Source: Oscillospiraceae bacterium
Lineage (GTDB): Bacteria > Bacillota > Clostridia > Oscillospirales > Ruminococcaceae
Direction: 5' to 3'
Length of the DNA: 64,000 nucleotides
Assembly (NCBI GenBank): GCA_016281125.1
Contig: JAEEIA010000060.1
Location: 83,307-147,306, forward strand
A program made the translations under genes and the position numbers. This document shows positions 27,472-36,239 of this stretch, piece after piece; position 1 is the stretch's first letter, and each line of letters opens with the position of its first letter. The notes under the pieces were generated by a model. The model was not told where the DNA came from. It did no database searches and was given only the letters and a program-made list of their open reading frames with translations.

Positions 27472-27643
27472 TGCAGATAAGCAACAGCGCTTATCACGAA
27501 AACACGCCGCAGGGCACCGTAGTCCCGGCACCCCCTCCGTCGGGCTCCCTCTCCATTACGGATACGCTGCGGCTGCAAAGCAGATGACGGTACACATCTG
27601 TTTTCTCTCTGAAATCACTGCTTCGGCGGTGATTTTCTTTTTG
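27472..27643 (+). ncRNA. Candidate ~170-nt small RNA with C-rich (anti-SD-like) loops
   Basis: Bounded by the promoter above and a terminator AAATCACTGC-TTCG-GCGGTGATTT plus TCTTTTT (27612-27642). Nested helices GATAAGC/GCTTATC, GCCGCAG/CTGCGGC, CCGTA/TACGG and CCCGGC/GTCGGG. The last has loop ACCCCCUCC and is followed by CUCCCUCUCC. Confidence 0.4.
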
Positions 27644-27756
27644 CGTCCGGCAGCAGAATACGGTGAAAGCAGACAACTTTTCCGGGAAACATCCGGACAA
27701 TTTGCCGGAAGATACCGTACATCTGAAAAACAGCTTATTCGCAGGGCTTCTGCATG

Positions 27757-27794
27757 CAAAACGGGCGCTGACTCGAAAGGTCAGCGCCCGTTTG
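27757..27794. terminator. ychF terminator (bidirectional-looking hairpin)
   Basis: AAAACGGGCGCTGAC-tcgaaag-GTCAGCGCCCGTTT. On the minus strand it is followed by TTTTGC. Confidence 0.65.
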
Positions 27795-27797
27795 TGA

Positions 27798-28895
27798 TCA
27801 GCTCGTAAAGTGGAACGTAATGATGTCGCCGTCTGCGACCTCGTAGGTCTTGCCCTCCATGCGCACGACGCCTTTTTCCTTGGCCGCGACCATATTGCCG
27901 CCGTTCGCCATGAAGTCCTCAAAGGAAATGACCTCCGCACGGATAAAGCCCTTTTCAAAATCCGAGTGAATCTTACCGGCTGCCTGCGGCGCCTTGGTGC
28001 CTTTTCTGATCGTCCATGCACGGCACTCATCCGCACCGCCGGTGAGATAGGAAATCAGCCCCAGCAGAGAATAGCCCGCATGAATGATGCGCGTCAGGCC
28101 GGATTCCTCCAGCCCGAGATCCGCAAGGAACATCTTCTGCTCCTCCTCGTCCATGTCGGAGATTTCCGCCTCGATCTGCGCACAGATCGGGAACACGGCT
28201 GCGTGCTCCGCCTCTGCAATCGCCCTGACCGCCTGGAAATGTGCATTGCTGTTCAGATCGCCGGAGAAATCGGCTTCGGAGAGGTTCGCCGCATAGATGA
28301 CCGGTTTTGCGGTCAGCAGCGGGGTTTCCAGAATGACAGCCAGTTCGTCCTCGGTGCAGTCGAAGCTGCGCGCGGGCTTGCCGTCACTCAGATGCGCCAG
28401 CAGCTTTTTCAGCAGCTCGACGTCCGCAGCGTATTTCTTGTCGCCCTTGGCGAGCTTTGCGGTCTTGTCGATGCGGCGCTCGATCAGCTCGATATCCGAA
28501 AAGACCAGCTCCAGATTGATGACCTCAATATCCCGCTTCGGATCAATGGAGCCGTCCACATGCACGATGTTGTCATCCTCAAAGCAGCGCACGACATGGA
28601 TGATGGCATCCACCTCGCGGATATCCGCAAGGAAGCGGTTGCCGAGGCCCTCGCCCTTGGACGCGCCCTTGACCAGACCTGCGATGTCCACGAATTGCAG
28701 TGTTGCCGGTGTAAACTTCTTCGGCTGATAGATTTCCGCCAGCTTTTCCAGTCTTGCGTCCGGCACGGATACGATACCGACATTCTTGTCAATCGTGCAG
28801 AACGGATAGTTTGCAGATTCCGCGCCTGCATTTGTCAGTGCGTTGAACAGGGTACTTTTGCCGACGTTCGGCAGACCGACCATTCCGAGTTTCAT
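27798..28895 (-). CDS. ychF: Redox-regulated ribosome-binding ATPase YchF
   Basis: 365 aa. [22 protein letters not shown]-loop, and a TGS-like C-terminus ending ...GDIITFHF. Confidence 0.9.
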   Translation of the reverse strand: MKLGMVGLPNVGKSTLFNALTNAGAESANYPFCTIDKNVGIVSVPDARLEKLAEIYQPKKFTPATLQFVDIAGLVKGASKGEGLGNRFLADIREVDAIIHVVRCFEDDNIVHVDGSIDPKRDIEVINLELVFSDIELIERRIDKTAKLAKGDKKYAADVELLKKLLAHLSDGKPARSFDCTEDELAVILETPLLTAKPVIYAANLSEADFSGDLNSNAHFQAVRAIAEAEHAAVFPICAQIEAEISDMDEEEQKMFLADLGLEESGLTRIIHAGYSLLGLISYLTGGADECRAWTIRKGTKAPQAAGKIHSDFEKGFIRAEVISFEDFMANGGNMVAAKEKGVVRMEGKTYEVADGDIITFHFTS

Positions 28896-28951
28896 GAAAA
28901 ATGATTCCTCCTGATATATGTATATTTGACCGGAGATTCCGGTGTGTTGGC

Positions 28952-29638
28952 TTATTTCCGCAGATTTTTCTCATGCAGTGCGCGGTAAACGAGCACCGAG
29001 CCGACTGCAATGCAGGCAGCAGCAGCCGTCAGGCAGATTGCCTTTTTCGGGATCGCTGTGCGCTTTCCGTCGGGGAACGCGCGCTTTGTTCCGGCCGGAT
29101 AGCCCGACGGGAATACGACGTTGTAGCGCTGCGGGCTGCCGGTTTCCGGCGGATCGGGCGTCAGCGCCTCGCAGGCCGCCATATCCATATCCGGAATGCC
29201 CGCGACCGTGCAGACCGCGCCTGCCGCGACAAACCGGAAGTGCAGCTCCTCGGCAGCCTCCGGCGCCGTAAACGGAATGCCGTAGAGCAGCCAGTGATTC
29301 TTCTCGAGCAGCGGTCTGGTGCGGGCGCGGTTCAGCGGAAAGCAGAGCCGTTCCTCCCAGTCATCCCCGAAAATTTCCAGCATGCAGGTTTCGTCCTGTC
29401 TGCTGTTTTCGCCGCCGTTAAGCCAGAAGCAGAAGCGGTAATCCTCGCCCGGCTCCAGCCAGCCCGTTTCCACGGGAATCACGGCACTGATTGCAGACCA
29501 GCTGCCCTGCCAGTCCCCGAGCTGCCACGCATCGGCCATTTTGCCGGAAAAGCTCCTGACCTGCCGCATCACGGCTTCGTTGCCGGAGATCATGGGATCC
29601 GGTTCCCAGCGTTCGGGACAAAAAAACAGATCCGTCAT
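28952..29638 (-). CDS. Hypothetical protein with C-terminal TM anchor
   Basis: 228 aa with no recognisable motif. Has its own consensus promoter. Confidence 0.5.
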   Translation of the reverse strand: MTDLFFCPERWEPDPMISGNEAVMRQVRSFSGKMADAWQLGDWQGSWSAISAVIPVETGWLEPGEDYRFCFWLNGGENSRQDETCMLEIFGDDWEERLCFPLNRARTRPLLEKNHWLLYGIPFTAPEAAEELHFRFVAAGAVCTVAGIPDMDMAACEALTPDPPETGSPQRYNVVFPSGYPAGTKRAFPDGKRTAIPKKAICLTAAAACIAVGSVLVYRALHEKNLRK

Positions 29639-29671
29639 ACCGCACCGCCTTTCCAGAATTCTTTTATTGTT

Positions 29672-29700
29672 ATTATACCCGAAACTTCATATTCTGTCAA
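29672..29700 (-). promoter_or_regulatory. Consensus sigma-A promoter
   Basis: The minus strand reads TTGACA (29695-29700), a 17-nt spacer, then TATAAT (29672-29677). Confidence 0.55.
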
Positions 29701-29720
29701 GGAGGCGGCAGGGCGCCACG

Positions 29721-30584
29721 TCAGAACAGCGTCAGCTGCTCCTGATCGGGCGGACATTCTTTCAGATAGGCAAATACATCGTCTGGCCGGTGCAGAATCC
29801 CATGCGCCTCGCAGGTATCCTGAAACAGCCGCATCAGCCTTGCGTGATTCGGGCTGACAACCTCGTATGCGTCGCCGTAGGTCTGCTCATAGCGGCGGCG
29901 CAGTCCGGGGAAATGCCTGTCCAGTGCCGCATAAAAATATTCCCGGTCGCCTGCGCGGAGCGTCACACCGATTCCGAAGCAGACGATGCCCTTTACCTGT
30001 GCTTCAATGCAGTACCGCAGAATCCCGCGCAGGTTTTCCTCCGTATCATTGAGAAACGGCAGCAGCGGCGTCAGCCAGACAACCGCCGGAATCCGGTGCT
30101 CCCGCATCGTTTCCAGCACCGCAAAGCGCCGCGCCGTCGTGCAGACATGCGGTTCAATGATCCGGCAGAGATCTTCGTCGGCAGTCGTCAGCGTCATCTG
30201 CACAACTGCTTTTTTCTGTTCGTTGATCTGCTCCAGCAGGTCAAGATCCCGCAGAATCAGGTCGGATTTTGTAAGCACCGCCGCCCCGAAGCCGTACTGC
30301 GCAATCAGCTCCAGGCAGCGCCGCGTCAGCCGGAGCTCCCGTTCCGGCGGCATATACGGATCGCTCATGGAGCCGGTTGCGATGATGCATTTTCTGCGCT
30401 TTGTCCTGAGCGCCTGTTCCAGCAGCGCCGGTGCATTTTCCTTGACTTCAATATCCTCAAACGCATGCGTGAACTGATAGCAGTCGCTGCGGCTGTCGCA
30501 GTAAATGCAGCCGTGCAGGCAGCCGCGGTAAATATTCATGCCGTTCTGCGCCGAGAGAATCGACTTTGCCTTTACTCTATGCAT
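29721..30584 (-). CDS. Radical SAM protein (SPL/DNA-photolyase-like family)
   Basis: 287 aa. CLHGCIYCDS = CxxxCxxC cluster near the N-terminus. Size and pattern resemble COG1533-type proteins. Confidence 0.7.
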   Translation of the reverse strand: MHRVKAKSILSAQNGMNIYRGCLHGCIYCDSRSDCYQFTHAFEDIEVKENAPALLEQALRTKRRKCIIATGSMSDPYMPPERELRLTRRCLELIAQYGFGAAVLTKSDLILRDLDLLEQINEQKKAVVQMTLTTADEDLCRIIEPHVCTTARRFAVLETMREHRIPAVVWLTPLLPFLNDTEENLRGILRYCIEAQVKGIVCFGIGVTLRAGDREYFYAALDRHFPGLRRRYEQTYGDAYEVVSPNHARLMRLFQDTCEAHGILHRPDDVFAYLKECPPDQEQLTLF

Positions 30585-30588
30585 CTGC

Positions 30589-31179
30589 TCACCCTTTCGG
30601 CTGATACGGCAGCTCCCGCGGCAGCAGCGCGGAGATATCTTCTCCCGCTTTCCGCCGGAGATTCAGCGCCCGCACCTGCTCTGAAATGTCAGTGATGCGC
30701 ACAATCCAGTCCTGCACATAGTCCTGCACGGCCTTTCCGCGCAGACCGAGCTGAATGGAGCGGTACGGCAGATCCTGCCCGCTGACGTCCTTTTCCGGAT
30801 CCCACTGCACGCGGACATCCGAGTGCTGCACGGCAGCCTGCCATTGCTCCTTAGTCATGCCGCATTCCGGCCGGTACGAGGACGCGACCGCCTGCCGGAC
30901 GGCGCTGTCAAAGCCGGTGCGCCTGATATCAATTGCAAGCACATGCTCCTGATTTTCCTTTTCCGCCCAGCCGCAGTGGTACATCATCCACAGAAACGAC
31001 GGCTTGATCCATGTCATGCGGTTCATGCTGAAATGCGGCCCGAACGTCCCGAGCCGGACAGCCTCCTCCGCAATGACACGGTGATATGCCTGATACACGC
31101 GGACGGTTTCAGCATCGTAAACCGCACGGATTTCTTTTTCCTGCACAGCGCTCCCTCCTTTTCCATGATTATACCACAC
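30589..31179 (-). CDS. DUF4291-like protein
   Basis: 196 aa. RVYQAY...NRMTWIKPSFLWMMYHCGWA block, recalled from DUF4291. Confidence 0.55.
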   Translation of the reverse strand: MWYNHGKGGSAVQEKEIRAVYDAETVRVYQAYHRVIAEEAVRLGTFGPHFSMNRMTWIKPSFLWMMYHCGWAEKENQEHVLAIDIRRTGFDSAVRQAVASSYRPECGMTKEQWQAAVQHSDVRVQWDPEKDVSGQDLPYRSIQLGLRGKAVQDYVQDWIVRITDISEQVRALNLRRKAGEDISALLPRELPYQPKG

Positions 31180-31207
31180 GGAAACAGAAAATGCAATGAT
31201 ATGAAAC

Positions 31208-31293
31208 GGGGCTCCGCCCGGACTTTGCCAAAGGAATCATCCCTATGGCGAAGTCTGAGGCGGAGCCCCCATAATCAATCCGTCGGAGATATT
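31208..31293 (-). repeat. GGTATC-end structured repeat, copy H
   Basis: The minus strand reads AATATCTCCGACGGATTGATTATGGGGGCTCCGCC...GGCGGAGCCCC, a long hairpin. It starts 4 nt after the GH5 stop. Confidence 0.7.
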
Positions 31294-31297
31294 TCTG

Positions 31298-33124
31298 TTA
31301 CCCGCGGTTCTTGGTTGCCTCGTTCATGGCAGCCATGATCTTCGGGTACTGGATCTGGAGCGTGCCGCGGTTCAGAAGACCGAACTGCTCGCCGTTGCCC
31401 GCAAACAGGTTGTTGTCCCACCAGACACACGGAATACCGTAGGAATCCGCGAGTTCCAGATAGCACTTCACCCATGCCGCGCGCTGATCCTCATTATCGC
31501 GGTTCATGGCGCCGAACTCGTCGATGATGACCGGAACGCCGTTGTTCAGGAACTTGCTCTTGAGATTGTTGAACATCTCGACCAGCTCGCCCTTGTCCGT
31601 TGCCTCGTTGAACGTGCTGACCTGGGTGCCGTCGTTTGCAAGCGCGAACTTGTACGGTCTGTATGCGTGAATCTCAGCGATGATGTGCTTGTCGTCCGGA
31701 ATGGCATAGCCCGCGAGGTTCTGCGGATCCGGGCTCGCCGAATAGGTCGGCATCATGACAAAGCGCTTCTCATTGTTGCCGCCGGATTTGCGGATCGTGC
31801 TCAGTGCCGCTGCATTCAGCTTGTTGACGCAGTTCATGGCATCCTTGCAGTCATTGCTGTTGGAGTCGATCCACCACTCATTCTGATGTCCGACAAGGCG
31901 CGGCTCATTGAGCGTTTCAAAGATCAGGTGATTGTCATAGTTCTCAAAGCGGTCAGCGACCTGCGACCAGACAGAGGTCACGAACTTCTCGGACTGTGCA
32001 TAGTGTGCGGAATCCGGATAGAAATACGGGAAGTCCGGATAATAATGTATCTTGGTGTCGTAGTCATAATCCGTGTTGTCATGGTGGATGTTCAGGATGC
32101 AGTACATATCGTTGTCAATGACATAATTGACGACCTCCTGCACGCGGTCCATCCAGTCCTTGCTGATCTGATAGCTGCTCTTGTCCATCTTGGCGCCCCA
32201 GGAAACCGGGATGCGGACGGTATTGAAGCCTGCCGCCTTGATCGCGTCGATCATTTCCTTCGTCGTGTACGGATTGCCCCAGCTCTTTTCATAGTTCTTT
32301 GCCGGCTGATTCTGCTCCGAATAATGTCCCTGCGAATCAAGGGTATTGCCGAGGTTCCAGCCCAGCTTGATATGCTTGACGAATTCCATGCCGGTTTCAT
32401 CCGTGATCTGGGTCTGCTGATTCAGCGAGCCGTCCAGAATGCCGCGCTTCAGCATCGTCAGGTCGATTGCGTTCAGCTGCTTGCTGCCGTCCATATCGGC
32501 ATTTGCGGCAGATTCAATCGCCGTGCTCTTGGTCAGATAATTGACCAGATCCGAAACGTCATCCTTATTGACGCTCTTGCTCAGATCGACGTCGCCCTTT
32601 CGGGTGACCATGCCGATGTCGGGATCGTTGCTTGTGCCGCCCCCGACACAGACACCGACCGCATTCAGCGTAAAGTAGTCCAGGGACTCGCCCACCTCGC
32701 CCCAGCACTGAATCTGGAACTTGTCCGGCATCGTGTATTTGTCGGAAACCTCGAATGTCACGACAGACTGCGCATCCGGTGTCTGCATCCAGAGGCCGTC
32801 GGAGTACCAGTCATACTCACCGCAGCCCGGCGCGTAGTAGCCGAACGCAGGCATGGTCGGCAGCGATTTGGACGTATCAACCGATATGTCGATCCAGACT
32901 TCCTTAACGGCGGCACCTGCCGGAACGCCGAGCTCTGCGGCGGAAAACTCCACCGGCTCGCCGCGTTCGACCTTTATGCCGTCCGTCAGCTTATAGTAAT
33001 CGCAGGCATCAATGCCTTTGGATGCCTGATCGGCAGCTGAGCCCTGCATCAGGCTAAGCTGCGACAGCAGCATGACGGCTGCCGTCAGTGTCCCGCCGAA
33101 GCGGGATAGCTTGTTGTGTTTCAT
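31298..33124 (-). CDS. Secreted GH5 endoglucanase with an internal dockerin and an unknown N-terminal module
   Basis: 608 aa. Signal peptide. Dockerin duplicated segments GDVDLSKSVNKDDVSDLVNYL and ADMDGSKQLNAIDLTMLK. GH5 motifs FETLNEPR and IIDEFG. Confidence 0.8.
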   Translation of the reverse strand: MKHNKLSRFGGTLTAAVMLLSQLSLMQGSAADQASKGIDACDYYKLTDGIKVERGEPVEFSAAELGVPAGAAVKEVWIDISVDTSKSLPTMPAFGYYAPGCGEYDWYSDGLWMQTPDAQSVVTFEVSDKYTMPDKFQIQCWGEVGESLDYFTLNAVGVCVGGGTSNDPDIGMVTRKGDVDLSKSVNKDDVSDLVNYLTKSTAIESAANADMDGSKQLNAIDLTMLKRGILDGSLNQQTQITDETGMEFVKHIKLGWNLGNTLDSQGHYSEQNQPAKNYEKSWGNPYTTKEMIDAIKAAGFNTVRIPVSWGAKMDKSSYQISKDWMDRVQEVVNYVIDNDMYCILNIHHDNTDYDYDTKIHYYPDFPYFYPDSAHYAQSEKFVTSVWSQVADRFENYDNHLIFETLNEPRLVGHQNEWWIDSNSNDCKDAMNCVNKLNAAALSTIRKSGGNNEKRFVMMPTYSASPDPQNLAGYAIPDDKHIIAEIHAYRPYKFALANDGTQVSTFNEATDKGELVEMFNNLKSKFLNNGVPVIIDEFGAMNRDNEDQRAAWVKCYLELADSYGIPCVWWDNNLFAGNGEQFGLLNRGTLQIQYPKIMAAMNEATKNRG

Positions 33125-33383
33125 ACGAATTTACCCCCTCGTAATGATTGAAACAGGTTCGGATAATTTCGGCATCATCCACGCATATTATAGCATACGG
33201 GATATTGCAAGTAAATACACTAAATCGCTGCGGTTATGTCGAATTATCATCATTTGCGCCGCAAATATTTAATTATTGCGAATCTTCATATTCTGTTCAT
33301 ATTCTATTTACGAAATCCGGTTCAATCCCTGCGCATGATTTGCTATAATGAATAGATAAACTGCGTAAAAGGGAGGTGCCGGA

Positions 33384-34478
33384 ATGGGCAGCGAACGCGT
33401 TGACGTCGTAGAGGATTTTGAATACGATTCGGAAAATGAACAGTACAATCAGGATTACCGGCACTGGCGGAGGCACAACAAGGGTGCATTTATGTTCCGG
33501 TTCAGCGACAACAGCCGCGAGCATGTTTACGTGGACGGCGCACCCGGCAGCATCACGGACGCCGCATTTGCTGAGCGGCAGGCGATCCTGAACCTGAGCA
33601 GCCGCATCGGCGTTGCACTGCTGGTGTTCCTGATTTCGGAGGTGCTCGGCAGCTCGCTGCTGATTGCGGTCATGCGCATGTTCCACATCCCGATCAGCAT
33701 CAACTTCCTGACCTATCAGATGGACGGAAACCAGTGGGCGGCAACCGGCATCCGCATCCTCTGCCTTGTCCTGAAATACTGCCTGCCGACGGCCATTCTG
33801 ACACGCATGTGCAGGCTGCCGCAGCCTGTTTACATGCCTGCGGCGCTCGGCGCCATCCCGGAATTCATCGGGAGCGTCGGCGCCGGTATGATTGTGGCCG
33901 CGGTGTACTGTGTGGCAGCGATTCCGACGAGCGTGCAGATCTCGCAGCGGCTGTTCTCCTACAAGGAGCTCCCCGCGATTGCGACCTACGGCGTCTTTGA
34001 CGTGCTGGCGGTTTCCGTGCTGGCGGAGCTGTTCTTCCGCGGCGCGCTGCTTCCGCTGCTGCGGCAGTTCGGAGATCCGTTTGCCGTACTGGTCACGGCG
34101 CTGATCGGCTTTCTTTGCCCGAACGCACTGCCGGAGCGCATCTGCGAGCTGCTGATCGGCTTTGCAGCGGGATACCTGATCATCCGCTCCGGCTCCCTGC
34201 TCAAATGCGCCATGCTGCGCATTGTGTATTCCTCGCTGAAATATGCGCGCCTCGGTCTGGTGTATGCCTCGGAGAATATCCGGCTCTGGCAGTATGCAGG
34301 CATTCTGCTGGGCGTCGGCGCGCTGCTGATTCTGTTTTTCATCCACATCCGCAGGACGGCGCTGCCGCTCCGGAACCGCAAAACCTTCCTGCCGATCAAT
34401 CAGAAGCTCTACTATCTGACGCAGTCCGTCCCGATGCTGCCGTGGCTGGCGGTATCCCTGCTGCTGCTGCCGCTCTGA
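33384..34478 (+). CDS. CPBP family intramembrane glutamic endopeptidase (CAAX protease-like)
   Basis: 364 aa polytopic protein. LAELFFRGALLP (EExxxR-type motif). Confidence 0.7.
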   Translation: MGSERVDVVEDFEYDSENEQYNQDYRHWRRHNKGAFMFRFSDNSREHVYVDGAPGSITDAAFAERQAILNLSSRIGVALLVFLISEVLGSSLLIAVMRMFHIPISINFLTYQMDGNQWAATGIRILCLVLKYCLPTAILTRMCRLPQPVYMPAALGAIPEFIGSVGAGMIVAAVYCVAAIPTSVQISQRLFSYKELPAIATYGVFDVLAVSVLAELFFRGALLPLLRQFGDPFAVLVTALIGFLCPNALPERICELLIGFAAGYLIIRSGSLLKCAMLRIVYSSLKYARLGLVYASENIRLWQYAGILLGVGALLILFFIHIRRTALPLRNRKTFLPINQKLYYLTQSVPMLPWLAVSLLLLPL

Positions 34479-34509
34479 CGGCGAACATTCCGATACGGAC
34501 GGTGATTCG

Positions 34510-34974
34510 ATGTTTTTGGACGATTTTGCCTATATGCAGGCGGCGATCCGGCTCGCGGAGGAGGCCGCTGCCGACGGAGAGATTCCCGTCGGCGCCGTCG
34601 TCGTGGACCGGGAAACCGGCGAGATCCTCGGGCGCGGACGCAACCGGCGGGAACGAGATCATTCCCCGACGGCGCACGCCGAAATCCTTGCGATTGAGGA
34701 GGCTGCGAAAAAGCGCGGTTCCTGGCGGCTTTCCGGCTGCAATCTCTACGTGACGCTGGAGCCCTGCCCGATGTGCAGCGGCGCAATCATCAATGCGCGG
34801 ATTGACCGCGTTATCTTCGGCGCCTACGACGAAAAGGCCGGTGCGGTCGTGTCTGTACAGCAGATGTTTTCGCTGCCGTATAACCACAGACCGCGCGTGA
34901 CTGAGGGGCTTCTGGAGGAGCCCTGCGCCGCCGTTTTACAGGCTTTTTTCGCCGGTTTACGTGGCAAAACGTAG
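34510..34974 (+). CDS. tadA: tRNA adenosine(34) deaminase
   Basis: 154 aa. HAEILAIEEA and PCPMCSGAI zinc motifs. Confidence 0.9.
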   Translation: MFLDDFAYMQAAIRLAEEAAADGEIPVGAVVVDRETGEILGRGRNRRERDHSPTAHAEILAIEEAAKKRGSWRLSGCNLYVTLEPCPMCSGAIINARIDRVIFGAYDEKAGAVVSVQQMFSLPYNHRPRVTEGLLEEPCAAVLQAFFAGLRGKT

Positions 34975-35196
34975 GAAACGCTTATTCTTTTGACGTTAAA
35001 ATTGTGCAGAATGTCGAAGCCCTCGTGCAAAACACATACCCCGATGATCAATTTTGTCAAATTTCCTGAAATGCTTGCATTTCTCCGGTTTGTATGATAT
35101 AATAATAGTGAAACAATGTGCCTTTAGTGAGATTTGTACCCCTCTCGCATGCCGGACGGCATGTGCGCATCCCAATACAGAAAGGACTGAATTGTT

Positions 35197-36144
35197 ATGG
35201 CAACCATCCTTGTAACCGGCGGCTGCGGGCTGCTCGGAGATCACATCTGCTCCGGTCTGCTGAAAAAAGGCAATACTGTCATCGCTGCTGATACCAAGCA
35301 GAGTGACTACAATACCGGCAAGGAGCATTTTATCTACCGGGAAGCAGGCGCCCATGATCAGAATGCTTTCGGCGAAATCTTTGACGAATTTCAGATCGAC
35401 TTCGTCGTGCATCTCGCCTGTACTGTCGATAACGATCTCGGTCCGGTCATTGAGAAGCCGCAGGTTGAGGAAAGCGCTGCCTATGACAAATTCATCTACA
35501 AAATGGCAGTCGCCAAGGACGTCAAGAAGTTTATCCTGCTGAGCACCACGCAGGTATATAAGCAGCCCGATTCCCGCGAGCCCGTGCGTGAGGACGAACC
35601 CGTCAAGCCGGTTTCCAATTACGGCAAAATGAAGGCCAATGCAGAGGTCGCCTTTGCAAACGATGTCCGCGGCTCCAAGACAATGGTCTGCTGCGTCATC
35701 CGCACGCCCATGGTCTACTCGCTGAACTTTGTCGATAACCTGATGTCGCGCATCACCGACCCGAAGGATCACTCCGTTTTCGTGTTCCGCACCGGTGAGT
35801 ACGGCTATCATATGTGCTGCATCCACAATATCTCTGATTTCATCATCGGCTTCCTGCGGCAGGCAGACAGCCTGAGCTATACCGGCATCTATAACGTCGC
35901 GGACAGCTCGCTCGTCATGGCGTCGGAGATCATCACGTTCATGAAGGAAAATCACCGCCTCGGCCCCGTGCTCCAGAAGAGCAGCTTCGCGGTCGGACTG
36001 AAGGCCAAGGTGTTCGGGGATCCGGAGCAGAAAACCAATTACCGCTTCCTCGACGTTCTGACCATTGACAAGAACTTCATGTACGATACCACAAAGGCTT
36101 CGCGTATCTGCCCGTTCCGCTGGAACATCAAGAATACGAAGTAA
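35197..36144 (+). CDS. NAD-dependent epimerase/dehydratase (SDR) family protein
   Basis: 315 aa. ILVTGGCGLLG Rossmann motif and YxxxK (YGKMK). Confidence 0.75.
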   Translation: MATILVTGGCGLLGDHICSGLLKKGNTVIAADTKQSDYNTGKEHFIYREAGAHDQNAFGEIFDEFQIDFVVHLACTVDNDLGPVIEKPQVEESAAYDKFIYKMAVAKDVKKFILLSTTQVYKQPDSREPVREDEPVKPVSNYGKMKANAEVAFANDVRGSKTMVCCVIRTPMVYSLNFVDNLMSRITDPKDHSVFVFRTGEYGYHMCCIHNISDFIIGFLRQADSLSYTGIYNVADSSLVMASEIITFMKENHRLGPVLQKSSFAVGLKAKVFGDPEQKTNYRFLDVLTIDKNFMYDTTKASRICPFRWNIKNTK

Positions 36145-36239
36145 GCCGCTTCTCATGTTAAATAAGGCAAGCGACGGTTTCGTGCTGCCGCTTGTTTTAT
36201 TCCATATCAAAATTTGTAAAAGCCAGAAAGGAAAACGCT

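Noticed and set aside
27401-27808. 135-aa ORF in the GGDEF-ychF intergenic region.
   Set aside because: It starts upstream of the only good promoter, has no RBS and reads through two terminator hairpins. Its composition looks random. The region is better explained as non-coding RNA plus terminators.
34975-35196. Looked for SRP (scRNA) RNA downstream of tadA, as in B. subtilis.
   Set aside because: No domain IV signature (GGUCCGGAAGGAAGCAGCC-like) is present. The gap contains only a promoter (TTGCAT-17-TATAAT) and the short 5' UTR of the epimerase gene. The 27650-27760 region also failed this check.
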